Shown: positions 27,522 through 37,531 of the stretch, one piece after another | Layout of the letters: the number at the start of each line of letters is the position of its first letter | Position numbering within the stretch: the first letter of the stretch is position 1 | Assembly (NCBI GenBank): GCA_050084515.1 | Contig: CM114271.1 | Location: 17,484,001 to 17,548,000 of the forward strand | Direction: 5' to 3' | Source: Blasia pusilla | Lineage: Eukaryota | DNA: 64,000 nucleotides | The notes under the pieces: model-generated | The model's input: the letters and a program-made list of their open reading frames with translations, nothing else | Told to the model about the DNA's origin: nothing | The model's database searches: none | Translations under genes and position numbers: made by a program

Positions 27522-29014
27522 GAGTAGATCGATGGTAGCTTCGATTGTAGATCAGTAGGATCTGGTTAGGGCTGATTGTGTACTCAGCCGTGGATGTTCG
27601 TGGCTTGTGGCCTATGTTGGAGGTATGAATCAGGTGCGTGGTTGGTTGGGAAAGAAGCGCCTTGCTGAGAGCTTTCCAATGCGCTGTAGATCGCCGGATT
27701 TCGTCAAGGGAGTTGGAAGTTATCAAGCATTGAAGATTCTGGTCGTGTTCGACAGTTTTCTGATGTGGAGAGCTTGGAGTGCGGAAGCTGTGTTGAAGTT
27801 CATCCAGATCGGGTGAGAGGTTCCTGTTGCTACTCGTATTGTGATCTCCTGTGAATCTATCTGCTCGAGTGCGTGGAGCGTTGCGGATTTCTGCGTGCAT
27901 GAAACTTGGCGGAAGCGCTGTCGGATTTGCGGTTGTAGAGGTGTATGGACAGCAAGTTTGTCTGATTTTTAGCCCGGAGTACGGAGCTCGGTTGTAGCTG
28001 AGTTTTTGTGGGGAGATAGCTATGGTGGTCAATTGAATTCTGATCGAAACAGATTTGATTTCGGTCACGTATTTGTGAAGTAATTTTGATCGAAATTTCG
28101 CGGACTAGCTCAAGGTCCGGCTATGGTGGGCAAATGGATCGGAGGGGCTGGTTGGTTGGTGACTCGTTCATTGTTGGAGACGCCTATCCCGTTGGGGGCG
28201 CCCTGGTTGGACTTCTCTCCATAGCGAAGCATGGCGAAGCGTGGCGAACGGGGCGATAGGGGCATGTCTCGGCGTTTCGAGGCTTCGAGGCAACTCGTGG
28301 TAGCTCGGGGCGAGTGGGCGTGAGAGGCGGAGTAAGGAGCAAGGAGCAAGCAAGCAAGCTTGCTTGCTTGGGCGTGAGGCAATTTTTGCAGGATTTGGGA
28401 TTTGAGTTTTGCATAACTGGTCACACATCTTTGGGCTATTCTGCCTGGAGGACGCTTAACTGCTGAGTTCTTAACTATGCCAGTGTACAGACTGTTGTAG
28501 CTCATTTGGTGCTGTTCGGAGATGTGTTGGGTGCTTTATGCATCTCAGGTTTTTGGTTGATGTACCTCTAGCGCATAGTACGGTGTAGCCTCTCCATACA
28601 AGTGATATTTTCAGGTGCTGCGAGTTCGACTAGCACGTCATCGACCCGCGGCGGAGTAGCTATTGCGTTAGAATTGTGTGGTGGGTTTTGTGGATTCAGG
28701 GGGCACCACGTTTGGTGGATTGTGTTACCTTGATTTCCATTTGCGGTTGGAGGGTTGTCGTTGGACTTCCTGTGTCTGGATCCCCTCCATCGTGCTTCTT
28801 GCTTGCGCGCCCATTGTTAGGGTTGACGCTGATTTCCAGAGTAGTGTAACTCCTGTGTGCTACCGGTAGTGAGGCTGGAGGGATGACGAGTAGATTGTGG
28901 GAGACTTCTTGTGGTGATGACAAGTTAGGTTGCCTACACCCATAGCTAGTAGAGCTAGAATAGTATAGCGACATCGACGTCACTTGGTAATTTGGTGGTG
29001 GTGCGGCATCGGCG

Positions 29015-29788
29015 TTGGTCATCACGGAGCTGTCGGGTGGTCTGGTTGGGGACCGTGGTGCGGACAGTGGTGGTTTCACACGGAGTGGATTTACGTATCG
29101 GCTACCTTTTCCACTTCCGACGGTTGATGAAGAGGAGGACCAGGGTGTTCCAAACACCGAGTCTTCTACGTTGTTATCGAGTGTTGCAGCTCCATTGATT
29201 TGGGACATGGACGGTGGATATGGGGCCATGAAGGGCCCACGACGATACTCGGGTGCAGTGGGTACCATTGAGTTGGAGGACTTCATGCAGGAGTTTGATA
29301 CGTGGTGTGATATGCAGATGTTGCGGAACGCCACGTTGTTTACATCCTTCTTGGCTTGGAAGGGGTTGTTTCAGCACTTGGAAGGACCACCCATGGATGA
29401 TTACCGTGAGTTTAGGAAGGACCATGTTGCTGAGATTGAGGCATGGAGACAATATTGGTCTCCAGGCTATGTGTCTATCACCCATGGTGGTATTGGTAGT
29501 AGTGCTCCTACTATGCCAGCCAGCCCGACGTTGAGTGGTACGAGTACGAGCCGGAGTGGGGGTACCAATGGAGGTACTAGTGGGGGTACTAGTGGAGGTG
29601 GTAGAGGTGGTAGGGGTGGTAGAGGTGGACCAGTGGTTGGAGAGCCTACGGTGGCTACCCCTACCACTACGACAGAGTCAGCTATGGTTGCCAGGATTGA
29701 GCAGTTGGAGCAGAAGTTGGCTACTATGGTCGGTATCCAAGATAGATCAGGTTCGGGAGCAGGGCTTCCACCTCTTATGGAGGGATGA
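29015..29788 (+). CDS. gag-like ORF of the DNMT-Gypsy element (start uncertain)
   Basis: 257-aa ORF with RYSGAVGTIELEDFMQEFDTWCD...FQHLEGPPMDDYREF, upstream of the protease; a homolog lies at 4883-5101. Confidence 0.7.
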   Translation: MVITELSGGLVGDRGADSGGFTRSGFTYRLPFPLPTVDEEEDQGVPNTESSTLLSSVAAPLIWDMDGGYGAMKGPRRYSGAVGTIELEDFMQEFDTWCDMQMLRNATLFTSFLAWKGLFQHLEGPPMDDYREFRKDHVAEIEAWRQYWSPGYVSITHGGIGSSAPTMPASPTLSGTSTSRSGGTNGGTSGGTSGGGRGGRGGRGGPVVGEPTVATPTTTTESAMVARIEQLEQKLATMVGIQDRSGSGAGLPPLMEG

Positions 29789-30289
29789 TCTCTCTTATAT
29801 GGCGAGTGCAAAGACAAAGGTTGAGGCATCGCCTACGAAGATTAGAGGAGCCACTCGGCGTCGAGCCACTCGGCGTCGAGCCACGTGGTGCTCTGTGGGA
29901 GTTGGACCCATAGAGGGGTGAGGCAGCTAGGCTTCCCGGTCATTCTTGTTATCGAGGTGCTTAGGACTCCATCCATGGTTCCTACGCAACCTATTGAGCC
30001 GAGTGGGGATCGAGGCATCTACATCGCGTGTAGTAGACACGGATGCAAAGATCAATGCAAGATTGCGGATGGCAACTTCAGTGTTGGGATCCCCATTGTT
30101 TTCGACCACGGAGCGATGGCTTTAGGAGTTGACTTAGCTCTGTATTTCGATTAGCGACCACGTTGTGTGAACGTGGGGGTATTCTTCGCTACACGTGTTG
30201 AGGTGGATGAGGGTGTTGCGGTGGAGTGACCCTCTATGTCGGGAGTAGCATTGAGTACCGGTGCTACTTGGCGGCGAGCGGCGAAGATG

Positions 30290-30740
30290 GATGCATTACC
30301 GGCCCGGCCAGCCATTGATCGTGAGAGGCTTACACTGGTGTATGTATGTTGGACAACCGGAGTGGGATCTTCCGATTGGTGAGTCCTACAAGACAGTGTA
30401 TAGACCAGATAGAGTCTTGTTAGACTCGGTGCCCAACCTTTGATGTTGGGAAAGGCATATTGGTTTGGGTATTCGGAGGTCGAGCTTGAGCCTTGCCCCA
30501 TTCAGATTCAAACATCACTTGGAGGAGCCAATGATAGGTCTCAATTCATGACACGGGAGAAGTTTTTGCATGCAGTTGAGACCGGATGATGCGAATGATA
30601 GCTCCCGGTTGGGAGTATCTGCATGTAGTCACATCGGCCGAGTCGTATGATGTACTAGTTGGAGGAGCGATTGTACCCGATGGGTTTTCAGATGGATTCT
30701 TCGGATCGAGACAGCGTCTTATAGACCTGGTTGGCAGTCC
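30290..30740 (+). pseudogene. Retroviral-type aspartic protease (frameshifted)
   Basis: RVLLDS(G)AQPLMLGKA at ~30411-30457 and YDVLVGGA at ~30645-30670. Confidence 0.8.
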
Positions 30741-31124
30741 GGGGATGGACGTATGAGCCAAGTTCTGTGAGATTTATTTCGGGGCTCGACAAGGAGGGTC
30801 TTCCCAACAAGTGTTAGCATATGTGGCTGGTTTTAGTAGAGTAGTCACTTGGCCAGGAGACTTTTTGGAGGGTAATGTTTCTACTATGGATTCTCTGCGC
30901 ATGAGGAGGAAGAGGAGGTCCCTATTTTTGCAGCAGTGGCATCCTCATCGTTGGATGTGCCACTTTGGAGTTCAGCGGTGCACTACGGCAGAGGCGATCG
31001 CCTAGTGCAAGAGGCTTGGTGTGAGGTGTTATACCTCACGAGGAAGAGGAGGCCCCACGGCGGACTCCTACTTCTGGCCTGATTGGGTTATCCCCTTTGG
31101 ATACTACACCCATTGTATGGGTAT

Positions 31125-32085
31125 CCGCGAGGGCATTTGTGTGTTAGATCTCTTTGGTGGGATTAGGTTTGGTTTGGTTTGGCCGCAATGTTGCAGGCCG
31201 GTATTCTGTCTTGGAGATACGTGTATGTGGAGCGAGATGAGACGGCCTGAGAGAGTCTCATCCCGACATATTGGTCGATTGATGCGGGTATCCTGAGTTG
31301 TTGCCGCCATCAGCTATTCGTGGGTACCGGCGTGCTTTTACCATCACACATTGCATTGTTGGGGGCGCAGGACCTTGAGAGAATTGGTCTTGTGGATTTG
31401 GTGATTCTTTGGATGGCCATGTCGGGTCATACACGTCTTTGGTCGGGATGAGGGATTACATGACCCTAGGTCTCGATTGTTTTGGGAGATGTTACGGGTG
31501 TTACAACATCTTCAGGTTCATCAGGCACGTGCTCTAGCTTACATTCTGGAGAATGTTCCATTGTTGGGTGACACTCGGACTCGGATGATGGCGAGTGTTC
31601 ATGAGGTCTTGGTCTTGGATTGGACCAGCGGTGTTGTTGGATGCTGTGCGAGTTGGCTCAGCGTGCACATCGTCCACGCTTGTGGTGGACAAACTTGTTG
31701 CCTAGGATGGTTCTACGTCGAGCATATGATGCAGTGCAGCGGGATCCTCGCCTTACAGTGGATAGTATCTTGGATACTGGGCGACTTTCCCAAGTGGTGA
31801 GGGTTATTGATCGGTCACCCATGGGTGGTGAACCGTGTGGGCGACCTAGGATGGCACTACCCACATTTGTGAGTTTTCCTCGTCACATGCCTACAGGGAA
31901 GGTGGTCTGGGGCTTGTATGGGATTCTCATGTGCGACAGTTGGTAGAGCCTAACGCTGATGAGAGAGAGCGTGCGATGGGATTTGCTACTGGTGTGATAG
32001 TGGTTGCTTCTATTTCTGAGGCTTCACGACGTCATGTGTTGGGTCAAGGCCATGGACCTGAATTGTTTGACTTGGATTTTGAGTC
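31125..32085 (+). pseudogene. C5 cytosine DNA methyltransferase domain, DNMT3-like, within pol (frameshifted)
   Basis: Ordered motifs: I VLDLFGGI (31141-31164), IV GWPC (31411-31422), VI ILENVP (~31543-31560), VIII AHRPRLWWTNL (~31665-31697), IX ERERAMGF (~31960-31984), X RRHVLGQ-AMD (~32027-32057). Confidence 0.9.
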
Positions 32086-32449
32086 TTGGTATGGCCGAGC
32101 GTCGACTTCGGACTATGTCTGTGGGTCTTCCACCCCTTGTAATGAGCTCGATGGCTAGGGACGGTAGAGGCATCGGTGGGGCGAGGAGAGTAGTATTTTG
32201 CATCCTTGGAGTAGATGGGATGTAATGGTGGGCATGTGGAGTTGGTTGCTCATCTTTGGTGGAGGAGTTATTTGCTCAGATGATGGTGTAGCTAAGGGTG
32301 TATCATCTTGTGAGGGGGTTGCGTAGCAGCCAATGGCATCATCCTCTCCCTCTAGTATGCCAGTGGAGGAGACTTGGGAGCCATTACTTGGGCCCAAGCT
32401 TATGGGAGGTGAGAAACGACGCTGACCGCGGTTCCTACGTGCTTATAGG

Positions 32450-33400
32450 AGTTGTTTTGCCTTTAGCATGAAGGAGTTGGGTTCTCTGGTTGGACCCGGT
32501 ATACGGATTGATTTGGCTAGTGATACGCCAATCTTCCATCGTGCCTATCGATATAGTGATATGGAGAGGACTTGATTGAGTAGGACGTTGGACCTTTTGG
32601 AGGCTGGATTAGTGGAGTTGTCGCATGGAGAGTATGCATCGCCCACTTTGTCATGCCTGCTAAAAAAGGATATGTATGGCAACTACACGGATAGGCGGAT
32701 GTGTGGAGATTACCGTCCTATCAATCGGCAAACCAAGGCCGATAGGTATGCCATGCCTACACTGAGGAGATCTTTGATGTGGTGGGACAGCAAAGATTTT
32801 CAGTTTTTGGATCTTGAGCGGCAGATACCATCAATTGCCGATTCGGGAGAGTGACAAGGCCAAGACAACATTTTGGGGTGTCAACTCTCATGGCAAGGAT
32901 TGTTTGTACAGTGGAAATTCTTACCCTTTGGGTTGAAGAATGCACTGCCGAGTTTCAAAGAGTGATGGACAGGATCCTAGCAGGTTGGATTTTGTTCGGT
33001 GTTACATTGATGATATCTTGGTGTTGAGAACACGGTGGAGGAGCATCGATACATTTGCAGATGGTGTTTGAGCGGTTGAAAGCTCATGGTCTACGTTGCA
33101 TCCAGGAAAGTGTAAGTTCTTCCATGAGGATGTTGAGTACTTGGGTCATGTGATCTATCCGGTGGTTTGGGAGTTCAACAAGCAAAGGTGGAGGCTATTG
33201 CACTTATTCGCGTCCGATAGATGTGAGTAGAGTTCGAGCATTCATGGGATTGGCGAACTACTATCGGAGGTATGTGAAGGGATTTAGTGCTATGGCAAAG
33301 CCTTTGAACCAATTGCTGAAATCAGATCAAGAGTGGCATCGGGAGATGATCGGGAGAGAGCTTTTGTGGAGCTTAAGGCCAGTTGGTGGCGGCGCCTATC
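32450..33400 (+). pseudogene. Ty3/Gypsy reverse transcriptase (frameshifted)
   Basis: RRMCGDYRPINRQTKADRYAMP, LPFGLKNA, YIDD (33003-33014), VEYLGHVI, VRAFMGLANYYRRYVKGFSAMAKPL. Confidence 0.95.
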
Positions 33401-33419
33401 TTGAGGAGACCTATCGAGG

Positions 33420-33790
33420 GCGCCCATTTTAGTTACACACCGATTGGAGTAGGTTGGGACTTGGAGCGGTGTTGACACAACATGATGATGAGCACATGGA
33501 GTTTGTGGTGGCCTATGCAAGTCGTTCGAATAATGCAATGGAGTCGCGCTATAGTTCATATGAGGGAGAGTGCTTGGCGAGTGTGGGTGTGGCACACTTT
33601 AGGTGTTACTTGTTTGGCACCACAGTTTACCCTTGTTATTCTTGATCACCGGCCGCTCAAGTGGTTGATGGAGTCGGACAAGCTTACAGGAAGCTTGCAC
33701 GGTGGGCTCTTATCCCTCTGAGTATGACTTCCAGGTGGTACATAGACTGGAGTTGCCAACCTTGATCTTTGATGGGTTGAGTAGGAACCC
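33420..33790 (+). pseudogene. Ty3/Gypsy RNase H
   Basis: LHTDWSRLGLGAVLTQ...VVAYASRSNNAMESRYSSYEGECLA...DHRPLKWLM...DGLSR. Confidence 0.9.
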
Positions 33791-34149
33791 ATGTACTAGC
33801 CAAGAGGATACAAGCGGGGCTAGATGGCATGGCGAGGTTGATGAGAAGATGGTGCCAGGTTGGCATGCATCCGCCTTTTATGTTGGTTAGGTGGACTCTA
33901 GTATGGAGGACCACATGATATCTTACTCTAGTCGGAGGGTAGATGGCCACCTTGAGATCCTAAGGTTGGAGATGGTGGTGCGGATCAGCGTGATATTCAT
34001 GATGATGCGTTGGTGTTGGAGTTCCCTTGACCAAGAGGGTGCCAGGCATAGTGAGTGCCAAGGAGTGAGACCGTGTTCTTCAACGTGCTAAGAGGTATCG
34101 ATTGGAGGGAACACATATTCTCGCGTGTGGGAGGATGGTAGAGTACAGT

Positions 34150-35240
34150 AGTGCCACATTTGGCTCAGAGAGAGCGCATTGTGCGACATGCCCATGAGGA
34201 GTTGGGACATTTTGGGGTAAAGCGTCGTATAGCTTACTCCTTGGCCAATATTGGTGGCGTGGCATGCATACTCAGTGCAGTGATTGGTGTCACGTTGTAT
34301 GGTTTGTGACCGGGTGAGGGCATCATTTAATGCCCCTACACCACAATTACACCCCTTGCCTATTATGGGGTTGGGTTACCGTTGGAGTGTGGACTTTATG
34401 GATATTACCGTTGGTATGCGACATCATCGATATGTGTTGGTGATGGTGGAGCACTTCTCCAAGTGGATTGAGTTGGTGGCATTACCGGACAAGGCAAGTG
34501 AGGAACGGCGTATGCGTTTGGATAGAGTGCTTAGTCATTTTGGTGCACCGGTGAAGTCTTGACCGACCGGTCTGAGTTTCAAGGTGAGTTTCAGGTCTTG
34601 TGTGACAAGGCGTTGATTGATCATCGGACCACGTCTCGAGATCATCCGAGGCGGATGGTTTGGCTGGCGTGTGGTTGACGGTGAAGAGGGCATTGCGCAA
34701 GTATGGCCTCTGAAGGGCATCTTGGAGACTATGATATTCGATTACCATGGTTAGCCATGGGGTATAGGTTCGATCGCCAAGCATCCTTGGCTTCCTTCTC
34801 ACCTTATTTTACATTATCGGCCGAGATCCGGACTTGCCAAAGACAATTGTCGGGAGTCTAGTGAGGTGGTGAACCTTGATGACCCAGAGATGTGGATGAG
34901 GGTGTGTTCTCAGCGGGCGGAGCTCTTAGGAGAGTTATGCCAACAACCTTTGAGAATCTTGCCATTGCTCAACACAGGGGATACGTTGTGGTATGCAACC
35001 ATTCGGGGTGGAGGTTATCGACCATCGATTCAGAGGTTCCATGTGGGGACTATGTCTATTTGCAGCAGATTGCCCGACAACGTTGGATGTGACGGCAGCC
35101 GCACTATTTTCTGAGTCGTGAGGTGTTAGCTTCCGGAGTTCTCATGTTGGAGGGTCGTGATGGAGTTGTTTGGAAGGACCATGTGCGTAATTGTGCGTCA
35201 TGTCATCTTCCAAATGTGGATGGTATCTTGTTGACCCAAG
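34150..35240 (+). pseudogene. DDE integrase (HHCC zinc finger + rve core), frameshifted
   Basis: HAHEELGHFGVKR...CMVC, LHPLPIMGLGYRWSVDF, YVLVMVEHFSKWIELVAL, VLSHFGAP...LTD...EF, VKRALRK. Confidence 0.9.
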
Positions 35241-35268
35241 CTTAGCCATGATACGTGCTAGCTTGAGG

Positions 35269-35408
35269 TGCATGTTGTGTGGGTCTGCTGTAACGCGGCC
35301 CGTATGTTGGTGTGTGATCGGTGTTCTAGGGGTTGGCACATGATGTGTTTGACTCCACGTTTGGATGTTGTTCCTCTTTGGAAGGTGGGTTTGTCCTCGA
35401 TGTACTTA
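35269..35408 (+). pseudogene. C-terminal PHD finger of pol
   Basis: CMLCG...MLVCDRCSRGWHMMCLTPRLDVVP...GRWVCPRCT* gives the C4-H-C3 spacing across two frameshifts. Confidence 0.85.
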
Positions 35409-35570
35409 GGAGAGGTAGATGACTTGATCTTTGCATGATATGGATTACGGATGTGCGACTAACGATGGGGCAACCTAGCACCCGGCCTTCGATTCGGGCA
35501 CCCAAGAAGGTGTATAGCATGTAGTAGATGTATAGGGCTACCAGGAGTTAGAGGACCTAACCGCTTGATT

Positions 35571-35580
35571 AGGGGGCGAG
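35571..35580 (+). promoter_or_regulatory. Polypurine tract
   Basis: AGGGGGCGAG abutting the start of repeat B1. Confidence 0.65.
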
Positions 35581-36161
35581 TTGTGGTACACTTGCGTTTG
35601 TGGATACTCTCGTCTATGTTATGTATGTATGTGCGTATGGTATGTCGGCGATGTATGTTGTATGACGATGTGGATTCGACGACATTTGTCATGACCATAC
35701 GGATTATGTCGTAGAGTATGGTGTCTTTGGTAGAGGCCATTCCTTATGTAGGACCGTAGTGGCTTGGTAGAGATGTGGTTCCATATATAGGGTTGGGGGT
35801 TACTCACTTGGGGGTGACTTTCCTAGTAGGGCCCGCTCTTAGGTTGGAGGATATAAGGTGGATTGCCCTCAAAGAACAATCAGTTCTTTGAGTTGAGCTG
35901 CTATGCGTTGGGAGTTAGCCTTGGTAGTGAGTAGAGCTCTTGGCTATGGTGTTTCCATAAGCTTCGACCTAGATTCTCCCATCGTGGAGTGGGTTTGGCT
36001 CGATTGTATGTGATTGTAAACGTGTTTTATGACAATAGGTCTTTCACGGATTTAAGTTGTGGTACACTTGCGTTTGTGGATACTCTCATCTATGTTATGT
36101 ATGTAGGTGCGTATGGTATGTCAACGATGTATGTTGTATGACGATGTGGATTCGCACGACA
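35579..36161 (+). repeat. 3' composite repeat B1-(TT)-A2-(A)-B2
   Basis: B1 35579-35684 matches B2 36055-36161; A2 35687-36053 matches A1; the B1/A2 junction reads GACA-TT-TGTC. Confidence 0.95.
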
Positions 36162-36900
36162 CCATGGATGGTACCTAGACAGTTGGTTGTACATACTAAT
36201 GTTATGGATGCATCAATATCACAAGGAGTTGAAGAGAAAAATCCCATATCGGATTAGGTGGAGCCAAAATATATGGTGGAAAACTAAAATTTATTAAGCT
36301 CCATTTGTTTCCACCATGGACTTGGTGATGGTGGGAGTTGGGCTAGTTGAGGTATTTCAATTGGCTGGCACATTGTGTAAGCATGGATCGAGAGGTTACT
36401 ACCTCTTTGTATAGAGGTGGTTCACGAGGAGGTGGTGGACTAGCTTGCCCTTAGAGCATGTACTTGGGATGTTGCCTATTGGCTTGTGGCAAATTGTAAC
36501 TGCTAGGTTGATGGTAGATATGCCAAGTAGACTCACAATAGAATGAGCCAAGGTGAGATGAGGCTAGGTGTAGTGTTCTTGGAGAACTAGAGTGGGATGC
36601 TTTTCTTTATTTTTTTTGGGTTTTGTATACCCTAAGTATGGCATCTTACTTCATTCGGGAGCGTAACCCTTTATGTTAGGGAAGGCAGGAGTTTGGAGGT
36701 GGGGTTATGAAATTGAGAAATTGAGCCATGCCTCTTCCAAAGAAAGACCTACATAGGATGTGTTTCATCCACACAATTCATGAATCAAGAAGGGTTAGTT
36801 GTTCGAGTCCAACGAGAGTATGCACTACCAAGGATTGAGGCGTTGATATGGCTCCATTACAAATTTATTTTTTCCAAGAGCGATTACTTCACAAGTCCAT
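36162..36900 (+). mobile_element. Older decayed relative into which the 27-36 kb element inserted (continues left of 27141)
   Basis: Protease remnant ILLHSGA*PFMLGKA at ~36643-36688; the rejoined flanks resemble the decayed sequence near 21380-21500. Confidence 0.6.
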
Positions 36901-37531
36901 AATGAATGTTATGTTGCATGTCTACTTCGTGTGACTCACATGGAGCTCATAACTTGCAAATTTTAGCTATAGGGACTCATAAGTTGCAACTTTAGGGGCT
37001 CTTGTTGGAGTCATAAGAACCTTGCAACTTGCGAATCCCCAAAATTGTAACTTGCATGCAAATTTGGGAGTCTTGCAATTTGCAAGTAATCATGTGTGAG
37101 TCTCGAAACTAAAACCTTGGCCATGAATCCTCATTTGGAATCCAAAATCCTCCATTCTCACTTTTTCTCTTAAATTTCCAAGACTCATCTCCTCACTTTG
37201 CAACTATTTTATTTCTATAATAGAGATAAGTCTTGAGAATTTGGTGGGTAGGCAAAACATTTTTAATGATGAAGGACATAAAGATGAATGAAGTTCATAG
37301 TATTAATACATTTTTTTCAAATTTATTAATTCTAAATGATAATAATTGAAGGAGGGGAAAACAATAAGCAAAGTCATCCGTAAGGAAAAATTGTAAGGAG
37401 TCAAATCCCCCTTAAAAAGTGCTTTGTAGACCCAAAAATGAGTTCAGTTTTTTGGCTCAATTTCAGACTCATAGGAAAACCTACTTTGCAAGTGGAACAA
37501 ACTACTCCTTGCACTTGCTATTCTATGACCA

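Larger units (their letters stand above)
27142..36161 (+). mobile_element. Gypsy-type retrotransposon encoding a DNMT3-like cytosine methyltransferase and a PHD finger, with split direct repeats (A...B-A-B)
   Basis: Ends TGTCATG... / ...CACGACA flanked by CCAT (27138-27141 and 36162-36165); repeats A1 27142-27507, B1 35579-35684, A2 35687-36053, B2 36055-36161; domain order gag-PR-DNMT-RT-RH-INT-PHD. Confidence 0.92.

Noticed and set aside
27511-29334. Minus-strand ORFs of 185, 131 and 212 aa in the element leader and gag
   Set aside because: No recognisable motifs; consistent with antisense shadows of GC-rich sequence.
31125-32085. Host DRM/DNMT gene or bacterial restriction-modification methylase
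   Set aside because: Intronless, embedded between protease and RT, repeated in other retroelement copies, and no restriction enzyme or bacterial context.
27142-36034. Conventional two-LTR reading: TGTCAT...ATGACA at 27142-27488 and 35687-36034
   Set aside because: The flanks give no TSD (ACCAT vs ATAGG), there is no PPT before 35687, identity continues 19 nt past the apparent CA end, and the reading leaves the duplicated B segment unexplained.
36950-37110. Cluster of TTGCAA/ACTTGC motifs
   Set aside because: Possibly subterminal repeats of a decayed transposon, but no termini were identifiable.
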